Source: Bacillota bacterium
GTDB taxonomy: Bacteria > Bacillota > Clostridia > Tissierellales > Tissierellaceae
Direction: 5' to 3'
Length of the DNA: 64,000 bases
Assembly: GCA_051744365.1 (NCBI GenBank)
Contig: JBNJCX010000005.1
Location: 2,217 to 66,216, forward strand
Program-made: the position numbers and the translations under genes
Shown here: one piece after another, positions 39,883-50,581 of the stretch
Numbering within the stretch: the first letter of the stretch is position 1
Layout of the letters: each line of letters begins with the position of its first letter
The notes under the pieces: model-generated
The model's database searches: none
Told to the model about the DNA's origin: nothing
What the model saw: only the letters and a program-made list of their open reading frames with translations

Positions 39883-42327
39883 ATGAGCTTTGCAGAAATA
39901 ATTATAGACCACAAGTCCTCAAGTGTGGACAAGCAATTTACCTACAGAATACCACCGGAACTGGAGGATGAGGCCAGAACAGGAGTAAGAGTAGTTGTGC
40001 CTTTTGGAAGATACAACAAACCCATGATGGGAATTATGGTCGGAAAGAATAAAGATTCTCATATCTCAAATAGAATTAAGGATATAATCCGGGTTTTGGA
40101 CGATAAGCCGCTTATATCAGAAAAAAGACTGAAGTTGGCTAAGTGGATTAAAGATGAGTATTTATGTACCGGGATTGAATCTTTACAGCCTATCTTGCCA
40201 CCAGGTGATTTTAGAAATATTAATACAATAGTTGAGCCTGGAAAAGCATTAAAAACATACCAGCCTGAATCTGATGATGAAAGGGAAATTATCACAGCTT
40301 TATGGGAGACCGATAGAATTGAATACAGCGACCTGCAGGAGAAGATTAAATGCAGGTATTATCATAAGGCCATCAGAAATCTCGAGGAAGCAGATGCAAT
40401 TAGATTGGTTCTTGATGTTAAGAAAAAAAGTGCAGCCAGGGTTGAAAAAATAGTTTTAAGGAATAGTGATATCCCATACTTGGAAGGTGTTGATATTGCT
40501 GGGAATAATGCAAAAAAACAGCAAAAAATCTGGGATTACATGAAATCAAGAAATGAAATATCGGTAAAAGATTTATTGCAGGAATTCAACACCAGTCTTT
40601 CAGTGCTGAAAGCAATGGAGAAAAAGGGACTAGTATCAATTGTAAACAGAATTATAAATGAAAAACCTGTCTCAAACTCTATACCTATGTACGAAAAAAT
40701 AGAACTCAATAGTAATCAGAAAAAGGTTTATGAAGGAATACTCCACTCAAAGAACAGATATTCATTGATTCATGGAGTTACGGGTAGTGGAAAAACTGAA
40801 ATATATCTTCAACTGGTTGAGAATATGCTCAGTATTGACAAGGATTCAATAATTCTTGTACCAGAGATTGCCCTTACTCCTCAGACTATTGATAGGTTTG
40901 TAGGAAGGTTTGGAAATAAGGTAGCGATTCTTCACAGTAAGCTTACACAGATAGAAAGATTCGATCAATGGAGGAGAATTAAGGCAGGAGAGTACAAGAT
41001 AGTAGTCGGTGCAAGGTCCGCGTTATTTGCACCATTTAAAAACCTGGGACTTGTGGTAATAGATGAAGAGCATGAAAATACCTACAAATCTTCAAACAAT
41101 CCAAAGTACAATACTGTTGATGTCGCCATAAAAATCTGCCAGCTGGATAATTCCAAGCTGGTCCTTGGAACTGCTACACCGTCGGTAGAAACATATTATA
41201 GAGCTGATAAAGGAGAATTTGCATTGTACGAACTTCAATCCAGAGCCACCAGGAATACACTGCCATTTATCCAAGTAGTGGATATGAGGGATGAACTCCA
41301 TGGAGGAAACCGATCGATATTCAGCAGAAGCTTATTCAAGGAAATGAAAAGGACACTTGAAGATAAAAATCAGATAATTCTTTTCCTGAACCGCAGAGGC
41401 TACGCGGGATTTATTACGTGCAGAAGCTGTGGGTATGTTGCAAAATGCAATAATTGTGATATAAGTCTTACCTATCATAGATCAACAAACAGACTTAGAT
41501 GCCATTATTGCGGTGATACTCATACAATACCTAGAGTATGTCCTTCTTGTGGCAGCCAATATTTTAAAAGCTTTGGAATTGGTACTGAAAAGGTTGAGGA
41601 AGAAGTTAGAAAGCTTTTTCCAGATGCCAGGGTACAGAGAATGGACAGCGATAGCGTCAAAACCAGAGATCAGTACGAAAAGGCTTTAGAATCCATGAAA
41701 CACAAAGAGGTTGATATTCTGATAGGAACACAGATGATTTCAAAGGGTCTTGATTTTCCAGGTGTAACTCTTGTAGGAATTATTGCTGCTGATACCACCT
41801 TGAATCTGCCGGATTATAAATCCCCTGAAAGAACATTCCAGCTTGTGACACAGGTGGCAGGAAGAGCAGGCAGGGGAGAAGACCCTGGTAGAGTAATTCT
41901 GCAGACCTACAACCCTGACCATTACAGCATAATATCTGCAATGAATAGCAATTACAAGGAATTCTACGAGCAGGAATCAAGATTGAGAGAAGAATTTGGT
42001 TATCCTCCCTACAAAGTTATGGCGAGCATAACATTATTTGGAGAAAATTATGAACATGTAAAGGATGGCATTGAGATTTCATCTAGAGATCTGGAAGAAA
42101 TGATTAATTCATCAGATACAAAGAGCATAGAGGTTCTAGGGCCTCATCCAGCACCACTTGAGAGGATAAACAATAACTATAGGTGGCAGATTTTATTGAA
42201 ATTCGATTACAATGACAATGAAAGTATAAAGCAAATAATAGACAGGGTATATATAAATGGCAAGGATAAAATCAAGTATGATGATTTAAAGATAAGTATT
42301 GATATAAATCCAAGCAGCATTTTATAA
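39883..42327 (+). CDS. priA: Primosomal replication restart helicase PriA
   Basis: GVTGSGKTE, VIDEEHE, and Zn-binding CRSCGYVAKCNNCD...CHYCG...CPSCG. Confidence 0.96.
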   Translation: MSFAEIIIDHKSSSVDKQFTYRIPPELEDEARTGVRVVVPFGRYNKPMMGIMVGKNKDSHISNRIKDIIRVLDDKPLISEKRLKLAKWIKDEYLCTGIESLQPILPPGDFRNINTIVEPGKALKTYQPESDDEREIITALWETDRIEYSDLQEKIKCRYYHKAIRNLEEADAIRLVLDVKKKSAARVEKIVLRNSDIPYLEGVDIAGNNAKKQQKIWDYMKSRNEISVKDLLQEFNTSLSVLKAMEKKGLVSIVNRIINEKPVSNSIPMYEKIELNSNQKKVYEGILHSKNRYSLIHGVTGSGKTEIYLQLVENMLSIDKDSIILVPEIALTPQTIDRFVGRFGNKVAILHSKLTQIERFDQWRRIKAGEYKIVVGARSALFAPFKNLGLVVIDEEHENTYKSSNNPKYNTVDVAIKICQLDNSKLVLGTATPSVETYYRADKGEFALYELQSRATRNTLPFIQVVDMRDELHGGNRSIFSRSLFKEMKRTLEDKNQIILFLNRRGYAGFITCRSCGYVAKCNNCDISLTYHRSTNRLRCHYCGDTHTIPRVCPSCGSQYFKSFGIGTEKVEEEVRKLFPDARVQRMDSDSVKTRDQYEKALESMKHKEVDILIGTQMISKGLDFPGVTLVGIIAADTTLNLPDYKSPERTFQLVTQVAGRAGRGEDPGRVILQTYNPDHYSIISAMNSNYKEFYEQESRLREEFGYPPYKVMASITLFGENYEHVKDGIEISSRDLEEMINSSDTKSIEVLGPHPAPLERINNNYRWQILLKFDYNDNESIKQIIDRVYINGKDKIKYDDLKISIDINPSSIL

Positions 42328-42338
42328 GGAGGATTGAC

Positions 42339-42812
42339 ATGGCATTGAGAAAGGTAAGATTGGATGGAGATCCAATTCTTAGAAAAAGATCCAGAGAGGT
42401 CACTGATGTAGATAACAGAATACTGGAGTTGATGGATGATATGGTGGAGACCATGAGGCATGAAAACGGTATAGGGTTGGCAGCGCCTCAGGTTGGAATA
42501 TTAAAAAGGATTATCACCATAGATGTGGGGGAAAAACCTATGAAGGCGATAAACCCCGTTATTGAGGAAGAGGAGGGGTCCATTGAAGGAGTAGAAGGAT
42601 GTCTTTCTGTTCCGGATCTGGCAGGTACTGTTGATAGACCTGAAGTTATAACAATAACTTATATGAACGAAGAGGGTCAACAAATCAGGATAAAGCCATC
42701 AGGTTATCTTGCCAGGGTGTTCTGTCATGAAATAGATCACCTTAACGGAGTATTGTACACTGACAAAGCCAAGGAAGTACATGAAAATTTACTTGAAGAT
42801 CAGGAAATATAA
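42339..42812 (+). CDS. def: Peptide deformylase
   Basis: GIGLAAPQVG, EGCLSVP and HEIDHLNG motifs. Confidence 0.97.
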   Translation: MALRKVRLDGDPILRKRSREVTDVDNRILELMDDMVETMRHENGIGLAAPQVGILKRIITIDVGEKPMKAINPVIEEEEGSIEGVEGCLSVPDLAGTVDRPEVITITYMNEEGQQIRIKPSGYLARVFCHEIDHLNGVLYTDKAKEVHENLLEDQEI

Positions 42813-43738
42813 TGAGAATAATTTATATGGGTACCCCTGATTTCGCCGTCAAGGCATTGGAAAGAATCCATGCGGAAGGACATGAAATTCCGCTTGTTAT
42901 CACCCAGATGGATAAGAGAAGAGGAAGAGGAAAAAAGCTCCTGCCGACTCCCGTTAAGGAAAAGGCTTTGGAACTGGGAATTGAAGTTTACCAACCGGAG
43001 GATATTAATTCTGAGGAATCCTACAAAAGACTTGCAGAACTGGAGCCTGACTTTATAGTTGTTGCAGCCTACGGGCAGATTCTTAAAAAAAAGATACTTG
43101 ATTTGCCAAAATATAATTGTCTCAATATCCATGCTTCTCTGCTGCCAAAATACAGAGGGGCGGCACCTATAAACTGGGCGATAATAAACGGCGAAGATAA
43201 TACCGGAATCACCATTATGAACATGGAGGAAGGCCTTGATACTGGCAGTATGATTATAAAATCTGAGATTCCAATACAATGGGAGGATGATTCCCAGATA
43301 ATTCACGATAGGCTTGCTGAGCTTGGCTCTGAACTTATTATTGAAGCAATTGAGCTGATAGTTTCTGGAAAAGCAGAATTTATCCCCCAGAAGCATGAGG
43401 AATCTAGCTATGCACCAGTACTGTACAAGGATGTAGGAAATATAGACTGGACGAAGCCGGGCATGGATATTTACAAAAAAATAATGGGATTGAAGCCATG
43501 GCCTTCTGCATTTACTGATTACAAGGGGCAGAAAATAAAGATTCACAAGGTCTATGTAGAAGAGGAGGAGCATGAAATACAACCAGGTACTGTAGTAGAG
43601 GTTGAACCTGAAGGTATCAAGGTAGCTGTTGCCGATGGTTTTATAATTATACAGGAGCTCCAGTTTCCAGGCAAACGTGCCATGACTGTAAAGGAGTTGC
43701 TGCTGGGAAACACTATAGAAAAAGGATATGTTTTTTAG
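42812..43738 (+). CDS. fmt: Methionyl-tRNA formyltransferase
   Basis: MRIIYMGTPDFAV and HASLLPKYRGAAPI. TAATG overlap with def. Confidence 0.97.
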   Translation: MRIIYMGTPDFAVKALERIHAEGHEIPLVITQMDKRRGRGKKLLPTPVKEKALELGIEVYQPEDINSEESYKRLAELEPDFIVVAAYGQILKKKILDLPKYNCLNIHASLLPKYRGAAPINWAIINGEDNTGITIMNMEEGLDTGSMIIKSEIPIQWEDDSQIIHDRLAELGSELIIEAIELIVSGKAEFIPQKHEESSYAPVLYKDVGNIDWTKPGMDIYKKIMGLKPWPSAFTDYKGQKIKIHKVYVEEEEHEIQPGTVVEVEPEGIKVAVADGFIIIQELQFPGKRAMTVKELLLGNTIEKGYVF

Positions 43739-43753
43739 AAAAGAGGGATATTT

Positions 43754-44437
43754 ATGTATACAGGATTTTATGGAGGGTCATGGATAATATACGTGCTGCC
43801 AGCACTGATTTTTGCTGGTTATGCACAAATGAAGGTAAAGTCAACTTTTTCACAGTATCTAAAGGTGCCAAGTGAATCAGGGATGACAGGAGCGCAGGTA
43901 GCTAGATTCATTTTGGATAGAAATGGACTGCAGGATATTCCAATTGAGGCAGTTAGGGGCAACCTGACTGACCACTATGACCCAAGGAAGAGAGTTGTAA
44001 GGCTTTCCCAGAATGTTTATGGACAAAGCAGCATTGCATCGGTAAGCGTTGCAGCACATGAGGTTGGCCATGCTATACAGCATGCAGAGGGATATTTTCC
44101 TTTGATTATCAGGAATAATATTGCACCTATAGCAAATTTTGGGTCCAAGCTAGTGTGGATATTCATTATTCTGGGATTTATTATCAGTCCGTTTTTTATT
44201 GATGTGGGGATTGCTTTGTTCCTTGCAGCGGTACTTTTTCAGATAGTAACATTACCAGTTGAATTCAATGCAAGCAAAAGGGCAATGGTACACTTGCAGG
44301 AAGGGATGATTCCATCGCAGAGTGTAAAACCTGCAAAAAAAGTATTGAATGCAGCTGCACTGACATATGTTGCCGCAACTATTGTTGCATTGGCAGAATT
44401 GCTAAGACTGTTGGCATTAAGCGGAAGAAGAAGATAA
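43754..44437 (+). CDS. Membrane zinc metallopeptidase (neutral zinc metallopeptidase family)
   Basis: HEVGHAIQH (HExxH) and flanking TM helices. Confidence 0.82.
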   Translation: MYTGFYGGSWIIYVLPALIFAGYAQMKVKSTFSQYLKVPSESGMTGAQVARFILDRNGLQDIPIEAVRGNLTDHYDPRKRVVRLSQNVYGQSSIASVSVAAHEVGHAIQHAEGYFPLIIRNNIAPIANFGSKLVWIFIILGFIISPFFIDVGIALFLAAVLFQIVTLPVEFNASKRAMVHLQEGMIPSQSVKPAKKVLNAAALTYVAATIVALAELLRLLALSGRRR

Positions 44438-44460
44438 AGGGGGAGACCCCCCTTTTTTTT
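44438..44460 (+). terminator. Rho-independent terminator
   Basis: ggggg and ccccc pair across aga, followed by a T8 run. Confidence 0.8.
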
Positions 44461-44473
44461 GGAGGGATTAAAT

Positions 44474-45814
44474 ATGAGAGCCAGGGAGGCAGCTGTTAAG
44501 GTTTTATATGAAATTCAGACTCAAGGCAAATTCTCCAACAAGGTTCTCCAGAGCTATTCCAGGCTGGACATGTCAAATGAAGACAAAAGGCTTCTTAGAG
44601 AGCTTGTTTATGGTGTCCTTGAGAACCTAATGTATATAGATAGTATAATTGAATCTGCATCAAAGGTTAAAATGAAAAAAATCCATTCTATGGTATTACA
44701 AATTCTCAGAACAGGCGTTTATCAGCTTCTATTTATGGATAGGATACCACCAAGTGCCGCTATCAATGAGGCTGTCAAGCTTTCAAAAAAGTACGGGCAT
44801 AAAGGGACTGTTGGATATGTTAATGGCATATTGAGAAACATAGACAGAAACAGCGAAAAAATAAAGCTGCCTGATAATCCTGAAACAAAGGAAGCGTTGG
44901 CAATGCGTTACTCCCATCCTGATTACATTGTTGAAATGTGGACGGAGCAATTTGGATTTACATTCACTCGGGAACTTGTGAAAAGCAATAATTCCACTCC
45001 ATTATTGAATATTAGGGTTAATACACTAAAGACAGATAGAAAAGAACTGGCTGGAATACTTGAAAGCAAAGGATTAAAGTTGATTGAAGGTGATTTATCA
45101 CCTGATTGCATTAAGATTCTCAATCCTGAAAACATTACTGAATTAGATGAATTCAAGACTGGCTTATTTACGATCCAGGATGAGAGCAGCATGTTGGTAG
45201 TGGACGTTACAGATCCATCTGAAAATGATACTGTAATAGATGTTTGCAGCGCGCCAGGAGGAAAAGCTACCCACATTGCCCAAAGGATGATAAACAAGGG
45301 CAAGATAATTGCAAGAGATCTTTATCCAAAAAAAATAGAGCTTGTGTTGGATAATGCCAAAAGACTTGGGATTGAAATTATTGAGGGTCAGGTTCATGAT
45401 GCACTAATATTTGACAAGAGATATAGGAGTTCTGCTGATATTTGCATTGTAGATGCTCCATGCTCTGGATTTGGTCTCTTGAGAAGAAAGCCGGAAATCA
45501 AATTCAACAGGAGACCTGAAGATATAGAATCATTGGTAGACATCCAACTTAAAATACTAGAAACATGTTCAGGTTATGTAAAGCCTGGAGGAAAGCTAAT
45601 TTATAGCACATGCACACTAAATAACAGGGAGAATCTGGAGCAAGTAAGAATATTTTTAAATTCTCATCCAGAATTTAGCCTTACGCCTATAAAATTGGCG
45701 GGTGATGTTGTTGTAAGTAAGACACAAGAGGATGGTTTCATAGAACTCTATCCTCATATTCACGGGACAGATGGTTTTTTTATTGCAAAGATGACAAGAA
45801 ATAGTGATATGTAA
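44474..45814 (+). CDS. rsmB: 16S rRNA (cytosine967-C5)-methyltransferase
   Basis: NusB-like N-terminus followed by DVCSAPGGKATH and a PCSG catalytic Cys. ATG 44474 lies 7 nt after GGAGGG. Confidence 0.93.
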   Translation: MRAREAAVKVLYEIQTQGKFSNKVLQSYSRLDMSNEDKRLLRELVYGVLENLMYIDSIIESASKVKMKKIHSMVLQILRTGVYQLLFMDRIPPSAAINEAVKLSKKYGHKGTVGYVNGILRNIDRNSEKIKLPDNPETKEALAMRYSHPDYIVEMWTEQFGFTFTRELVKSNNSTPLLNIRVNTLKTDRKELAGILESKGLKLIEGDLSPDCIKILNPENITELDEFKTGLFTIQDESSMLVVDVTDPSENDTVIDVCSAPGGKATHIAQRMINKGKIIARDLYPKKIELVLDNAKRLGIEIIEGQVHDALIFDKRYRSSADICIVDAPCSGFGLLRRKPEIKFNRRPEDIESLVDIQLKILETCSGYVKPGGKLIYSTCTLNNRENLEQVRIFLNSHPEFSLTPIKLAGDVVVSKTQEDGFIELYPHIHGTDGFFIAKMTRNSDM

Positions 45815-45941
45815 GGTATTTTCAAAATTGATTTAAATGGAAGGAATAGCTTTATGTTAGGAGCCTGTTCAATGTTTTTTGCACAAATATAAAAAATCCA
45901 TGGGAATCATGTTATAATATGAACGGAGAGAGTTGAGAAGT

Positions 45942-46973
45942 ATGGAATTAAATAGTATGACACACAAAAGCTTAAAAGAATTAGTATTGCTGTATGAAGA
46001 TAAAGGTTTTAGAGCAGAACAGATTTTCAGGTATTTCCATCAGCAGGATGGAGACGATATCATGACACTGGAACAACTACCATTGTCCCTGAGAGAAAAA
46101 TTAAAATCTGAACATACTGTCAATAATATCAAGATACTTCATAAGTTTAAATCCAGTGTTGATGAAACTATCAAATACTTATATTTGTTGCCGGATGGGA
46201 ATATTATTGAAAGTGTGGTCATGAGCTACACTCATGGCTATTCCCAATGTATATCTACCCAAGTAGGTTGCAGAATGGGCTGTAGCTTCTGTGCTTCAAC
46301 AAAGGATGGACTGGTAAGGAACCTTACAGCTGCTGAGATGTCAAATCAGATATACCAAGCTGAAAAGGATTTGGGAATTAGGATTTCCAACATAGTGCTT
46401 ATGGGTAGCGGAGAACCCTTGGACAATTATGAAAATGTAATCGATTTTTTTGATATAATAAATAGCAAGCTTGGAAGAAATATCAGTTTAAGAAACATAA
46501 CATTATCCACTTGTGGAATTGTACCAGGAATATATAAGCTGGCAGATGAAAATTTGCCAATAACTCTATCGATATCTCTGCATTCTCCTTTTGATGAAAA
46601 GAGAGGGGAAATTATGCCCATAGCAAAGAGATATCCACTGGTGGAACTTATGAAATCATTGAAATATTACTCCAAGGCTACTAGTAGAAGAATTACGTTT
46701 GAGTATACGCTAATAAAGAATACTAATGATGGAGAAGAGGAAGCAAAGGAGATTGCCAGGTTATTGAATGGACTACTGGCACATGTAAACCTTATACCTC
46801 TTAATCCAATAAGGGAGTACAGTGAAGGTAGGCCTGACAGGGATCATGTGGTCAAGTTTCAGTCCATGTTAAAAAAGCTTGGCGTTACAACTACAATTAG
46901 ACGTGAAATGGGTGGAGATATCAGCGCATCCTGCGGTCAGCTGAGAAGAAGTGTTCTTGAGGACAAAAAATAA
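45942..46973 (+). CDS. rlmN: 23S rRNA/tRNA (adenine-C2)-methyltransferase RlmN
   Basis: VGCRMGCSFCAS radical SAM motif and C-terminal GDISASCGQL. The start may be 45933, 45942 or 45957. Confidence 0.94.
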   Translation: MELNSMTHKSLKELVLLYEDKGFRAEQIFRYFHQQDGDDIMTLEQLPLSLREKLKSEHTVNNIKILHKFKSSVDETIKYLYLLPDGNIIESVVMSYTHGYSQCISTQVGCRMGCSFCASTKDGLVRNLTAAEMSNQIYQAEKDLGIRISNIVLMGSGEPLDNYENVIDFFDIINSKLGRNISLRNITLSTCGIVPGIYKLADENLPITLSISLHSPFDEKRGEIMPIAKRYPLVELMKSLKYYSKATSRRITFEYTLIKNTNDGEEEAKEIARLLNGLLAHVNLIPLNPIREYSEGRPDRDHVVKFQSMLKKLGVTTTIRREMGGDISASCGQLRRSVLEDKK

Positions 46974-46985
46974 CGAGGTGATATC

Positions 46986-47714
46986 GTGAATTTTGCAGCA
47001 GCTAGTGACATAGGACTGGTACGTGAAACTAACCAGGATAGATTCCATATACCTGAAAATACAAGAATGCCATTATTTATGGTAGCTGATGGCATGGGAG
47101 GTCATAATGCAGGTGAAATTGCAAGTGTTATGGCTATTGATAGTATCATGGAATGGATGGGAGAAAACGGGGATGAGCTGACTAGTATTAAAAAGATCCA
47201 GAAATCCATTGTGAAGAGTATGCAATATACAAATAGACATATCTACAACTATGCAAAAGATATAGACGGCTGCAGAGGTATGGGTACTACTTTGACTATG
47301 GGGTACGTATTTGGGAATAAGATAATAGTTGGGCATGTCGGTGACAGTAGAGCTTATATAATAAAGGATGGGAAAACATCACAAATCACCCAGGATCATT
47401 CCCTTGTTCAGGAGCTCATTCTTGAAGGTAGAATTACCGAGGGCGAAGCAAGGTCTCATCCTCAGAAGAATATAATAACACGTGCTGTAGGAACAGGCTA
47501 TGAAATTAAGGTTGATACCATGGTGGTTAGTGTTGAAAAAAATGATATTATAGTATTTTGTAGCGATGGGCTTACAAATATGATATCAGAAGAGGAATTG
47601 GCGATAATTTTCTGTAATGAATCAGATATCCAAAAGGCTTGCGATATGGCTGTGGAGAAAGCCCGAGTAAAAGGCGGATTTGACAACATTACAGTATTGG
47701 GAATTAGATTTTGA
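46986..47714 (+). CDS. stp: PP2C-family Ser/Thr phosphatase
   Basis: VADGMGGHNAGE, GTTL and SDGL motifs. Paired with prkC. Confidence 0.93.
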   Translation: MNFAAASDIGLVRETNQDRFHIPENTRMPLFMVADGMGGHNAGEIASVMAIDSIMEWMGENGDELTSIKKIQKSIVKSMQYTNRHIYNYAKDIDGCRGMGTTLTMGYVFGNKIIVGHVGDSRAYIIKDGKTSQITQDHSLVQELILEGRITEGEARSHPQKNIITRAVGTGYEIKVDTMVVSVEKNDIIVFCSDGLTNMISEEELAIIFCNESDIQKACDMAVEKARVKGGFDNITVLGIRF

Positions 47715-47727
47715 TAGAGGTGAAAAA

Positions 47728-49698
47728 ATGATAGGGAAAATGCTAGGAAACAGATACGAAATAGTTAAGCAGATTGGCAGCGGTGGCATGGCATATGTAT
47801 ATAAGGCAAAATGTCATCTATTGGACAGGTTTGTTGCAATTAAGATTCTCAAGGAAGAATTCACTAATGATGAAGATTTTATCAGAAAGTTCAGAAGGGA
47901 ATCGCAGGCAGCAGCCAGCCTCTCTCATCCTAACATATTAAATATTTACGATGTTGGGTCAGAGGAGCAGGATTCAAAAAAAATTCATTATATTGTTATG
48001 GAATACATCAAGGGAAAGACCCTCAAAGAGCTAATAGTTGAAAATGGTAGACTTGATATTGACCAATCACTTCTTTATACTTCCCAGATAGCTGAAGCTT
48101 TATCAAACGCTCATAAGAATCATATTGTTCATAGGGATATAAAGCCTCATAATATTATGATAACGGATGACAACAGGGTTAAGGTAACAGATTTTGGCAT
48201 TGCCAGAGCAGTTACTTCTGCAACCATAACAACCACTTCAAGTGTTTTAGGGTCAGTACATTATTTCTCTCCGGAGCAGGCAAGGGGAGGGTATACTGAT
48301 GAAAAGTCAGACATTTATTCACTAGGTATCGTAATGTATGAAATGCTTACAGGAAAGGTGCCATTCAATGGGGATACACCTATAGGCATTGCACTAAAGC
48401 ATGTTCAAGAGGAAATTATTCCTCCCATTGAAGCTTCACCGGACATCCCAAGGGAAATCAATGATATTATAATGAAATGCGTGCAGAAAAGACAAAGTGA
48501 CAGGTATCAGAATGCGGATGGATTACTGAGAGACCTGAGAGCTTATATGGAAACCAGAACAGTGCCTGACAATCAACCAATAGAGGAAACAAGCGATATG
48601 ACGAGGGTTATCCCTGCTGTCAATACTGACAGAGATAGCAACAGAGAGAAGTCAGCATCAAGAAGGAAAAAGAAAAAAGAAAAAAGCAGGATTTTTATAG
48701 TTGTCGCAGCGATATTAGCTGCATTTTTACTGGCTACTGGAATATTTGCGGGATATATGGGTTTGAGAGATAACATATCAGCCGATGGAGATATCTTAAT
48801 GCCATCCTTGATTGGGATGACTCAGGAAGATGCAGAGAGAACAGCCAAGGATGAAGGATTCCAGCTAAATATAGTAGATAGCGTTACAAGCACTGAATAC
48901 GAACAAGGCAGGATAGTCTCCCAGAATGTGGATGAAGGCGTCAGGATTAAGCCAGGGTATCCGGTATCCGTAACAGTGAGTCTTGGGTCTGACCGGGTCA
49001 CAGTACCTTTATTGGTAAACAGAACAATAACAGAGGCAGAAGCCATACTTAAAGAAGCTGGTCTCAGAATGAATGTGGAGTACGACTTCTCTGAGACAGT
49101 GCCAGTGGATGTCGTTATGGAGCAAAGTGTAGAATCCTCCTCGGAGGTAGACCCAAATACCAGAATAGATCTTCTAGTAAGTAAAGGTGAGGAAGTCAAG
49201 GATGTGGTTATGATTCAGCTAATTGGTACACAAATAAGTCAGGCTATGAACGAGATTGTAGCATTGGACCTTGTTGTTGGTGAAGTAACCTATGAACCAG
49301 ACGAGGAAGTACCCGCCAATGTAGTGACATGGCAGTCTTATGATGCAGGGACTACGCTTGAAACAAACACAGCAGTAGATATGTATGTTTCATCTGGACC
49401 TGATCCTACACAGAAGCCTGAGCCAGAGCCTAAGCCTGAGCCACAAAAACCCGATGACGATAAACCACCGACCGGGGAAGAGAGCAGCTTTACATTTACG
49501 CTGACTCCATTTACTGACAGGGAAAAGACTGAGGTAACCATATTCAGAAAACAAGGCGGAGACCCGACTATGGTTTATTCAGCAAAGCATAAGGCAAGCG
49601 ACGGTTCCTTCGAAGTAACCGTTGAAGGATTACCTGGTGCTCAGTTTGAGGTTTATTATGACGGGATATATCAATTTACCAGAGTAAATGAGGGTTGA
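47728..49698 (+). CDS. prkC: PASTA-domain Ser/Thr protein kinase
   Basis: Kinase motifs (GSGGMAYVYKA, HRDIKPHNIM, DFGIAR), a TM segment, three PASTA repeats, a Pro/Glu/Lys linker and a C-terminal beta domain. ATG 47728 follows agaggtg. Confidence 0.95.
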   Translation: MIGKMLGNRYEIVKQIGSGGMAYVYKAKCHLLDRFVAIKILKEEFTNDEDFIRKFRRESQAAASLSHPNILNIYDVGSEEQDSKKIHYIVMEYIKGKTLKELIVENGRLDIDQSLLYTSQIAEALSNAHKNHIVHRDIKPHNIMITDDNRVKVTDFGIARAVTSATITTTSSVLGSVHYFSPEQARGGYTDEKSDIYSLGIVMYEMLTGKVPFNGDTPIGIALKHVQEEIIPPIEASPDIPREINDIIMKCVQKRQSDRYQNADGLLRDLRAYMETRTVPDNQPIEETSDMTRVIPAVNTDRDSNREKSASRRKKKKEKSRIFIVVAAILAAFLLATGIFAGYMGLRDNISADGDILMPSLIGMTQEDAERTAKDEGFQLNIVDSVTSTEYEQGRIVSQNVDEGVRIKPGYPVSVTVSLGSDRVTVPLLVNRTITEAEAILKEAGLRMNVEYDFSETVPVDVVMEQSVESSSEVDPNTRIDLLVSKGEEVKDVVMIQLIGTQISQAMNEIVALDLVVGEVTYEPDEEVPANVVTWQSYDAGTTLETNTAVDMYVSSGPDPTQKPEPEPKPEPQKPDDDKPPTGEESSFTFTLTPFTDREKTEVTIFRKQGGDPTMVYSAKHKASDGSFEVTVEGLPGAQFEVYYDGIYQFTRVNEG

Positions 49699-49701
49699 CA
49701 A

Positions 49702-50580
49702 ATGATTGAAGGAACTATTGTAAAAGGTGTAGGTGGCTTTTATTATGTTGATACTGATGATGGAGTTGTGCAGTGCAGAGCTAGAGGGAATTTCAGAGAA
49801 ACCAAGACGACTCCTATGGTAGGAGACAGAGTGAGTATAAGAATAAGTGAAGAAGATAAAAATGGTTATATCGAAGAAATCTTCGACAGAAAAACTGTTC
49901 TGCTGCGGCCACCTGTTGCCAATGTGACTCAGGCTGTAGTGGTTGCAAGTATCAAAAGTCCAGATCTAAACACGTGGCTGCTTGATAGAATGCTAGTTAT
50001 GGCTGAGGAGCAGCAATTGGATGTATTGGTCTGCATCAACAAGTGTGATTTGGATAGAGAGAGCGCTGAGTCAATGGGAAGACTTTACAGTGATGCAGGC
50101 TATCGGACAATCCTAACCAGTGTCAAGGAAGGGGAAGGATTGTCCGAACTAAGGGATTTTTTGGCAAACCACATAAGTGTCTTTGCAGGACCATCAGGAG
50201 TTGGGAAGTCTTCCCTTCTTAATTCAATAAATTCAAACTATGACCTGGAGATAGGGAAAATTAGTCTGAAAACCTCCAGAGGAAAACATACAACAAGACA
50301 TGTTGAATTGCTTGAACTTGAAAAGGATGCATACGTTCTGGACAGCCCTGGATTCAGTTCCCTTAGTCTGGACTTTATTGAAGATGAAACAGAGCTTAGA
50401 TTCTATTATATAGATATTGATAAGTATAATGGACATTGCAGGTTTTCAAGTTGCATACACCTTAATGAACCTGGATGCGCGGTAAAAAGTGCCGTGGAAT
50501 CGGGTGAATTAAGTAAGGAAAGGTACAATAACTATTTGTCTATGATAGATGAAATCAAGAAAAGGAAAAGGAGATATTGA
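49702..50580 (+). CDS. rsgA: Ribosome small-subunit-dependent GTPase A
   Basis: Circularly permuted GTPase (NKCDL ... GPSGVGKSSLLN) and a Zn-finger CRFSSCIHLNEPGC. Confidence 0.95.
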   Translation: MIEGTIVKGVGGFYYVDTDDGVVQCRARGNFRETKTTPMVGDRVSIRISEEDKNGYIEEIFDRKTVLLRPPVANVTQAVVVASIKSPDLNTWLLDRMLVMAEEQQLDVLVCINKCDLDRESAESMGRLYSDAGYRTILTSVKEGEGLSELRDFLANHISVFAGPSGVGKSSLLNSINSNYDLEIGKISLKTSRGKHTTRHVELLELEKDAYVLDSPGFSSLSLDFIEDETELRFYYIDIDKYNGHCRFSSCIHLNEPGCAVKSAVESGELSKERYNNYLSMIDEIKKRKRRY

Positions 50581-50581
50581 T

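Noticed and set aside
42800-43582. 260-aa minus-strand ORF in the track
   Set aside because: It lies entirely antisense to fmt, which has unmistakable family motifs. The translation is low-complexity and Leu/Phe/Tyr-rich, and there is no SD. It is a shadow ORF.
49414-49452. KPEPEPKPEPQKP tandem-like repeat in prkC
   Set aside because: A short Pro/Glu/Lys linker between the PASTA repeats and the C-terminal beta domain is a common low-complexity spacer. It is not a DNA-level repeat element.
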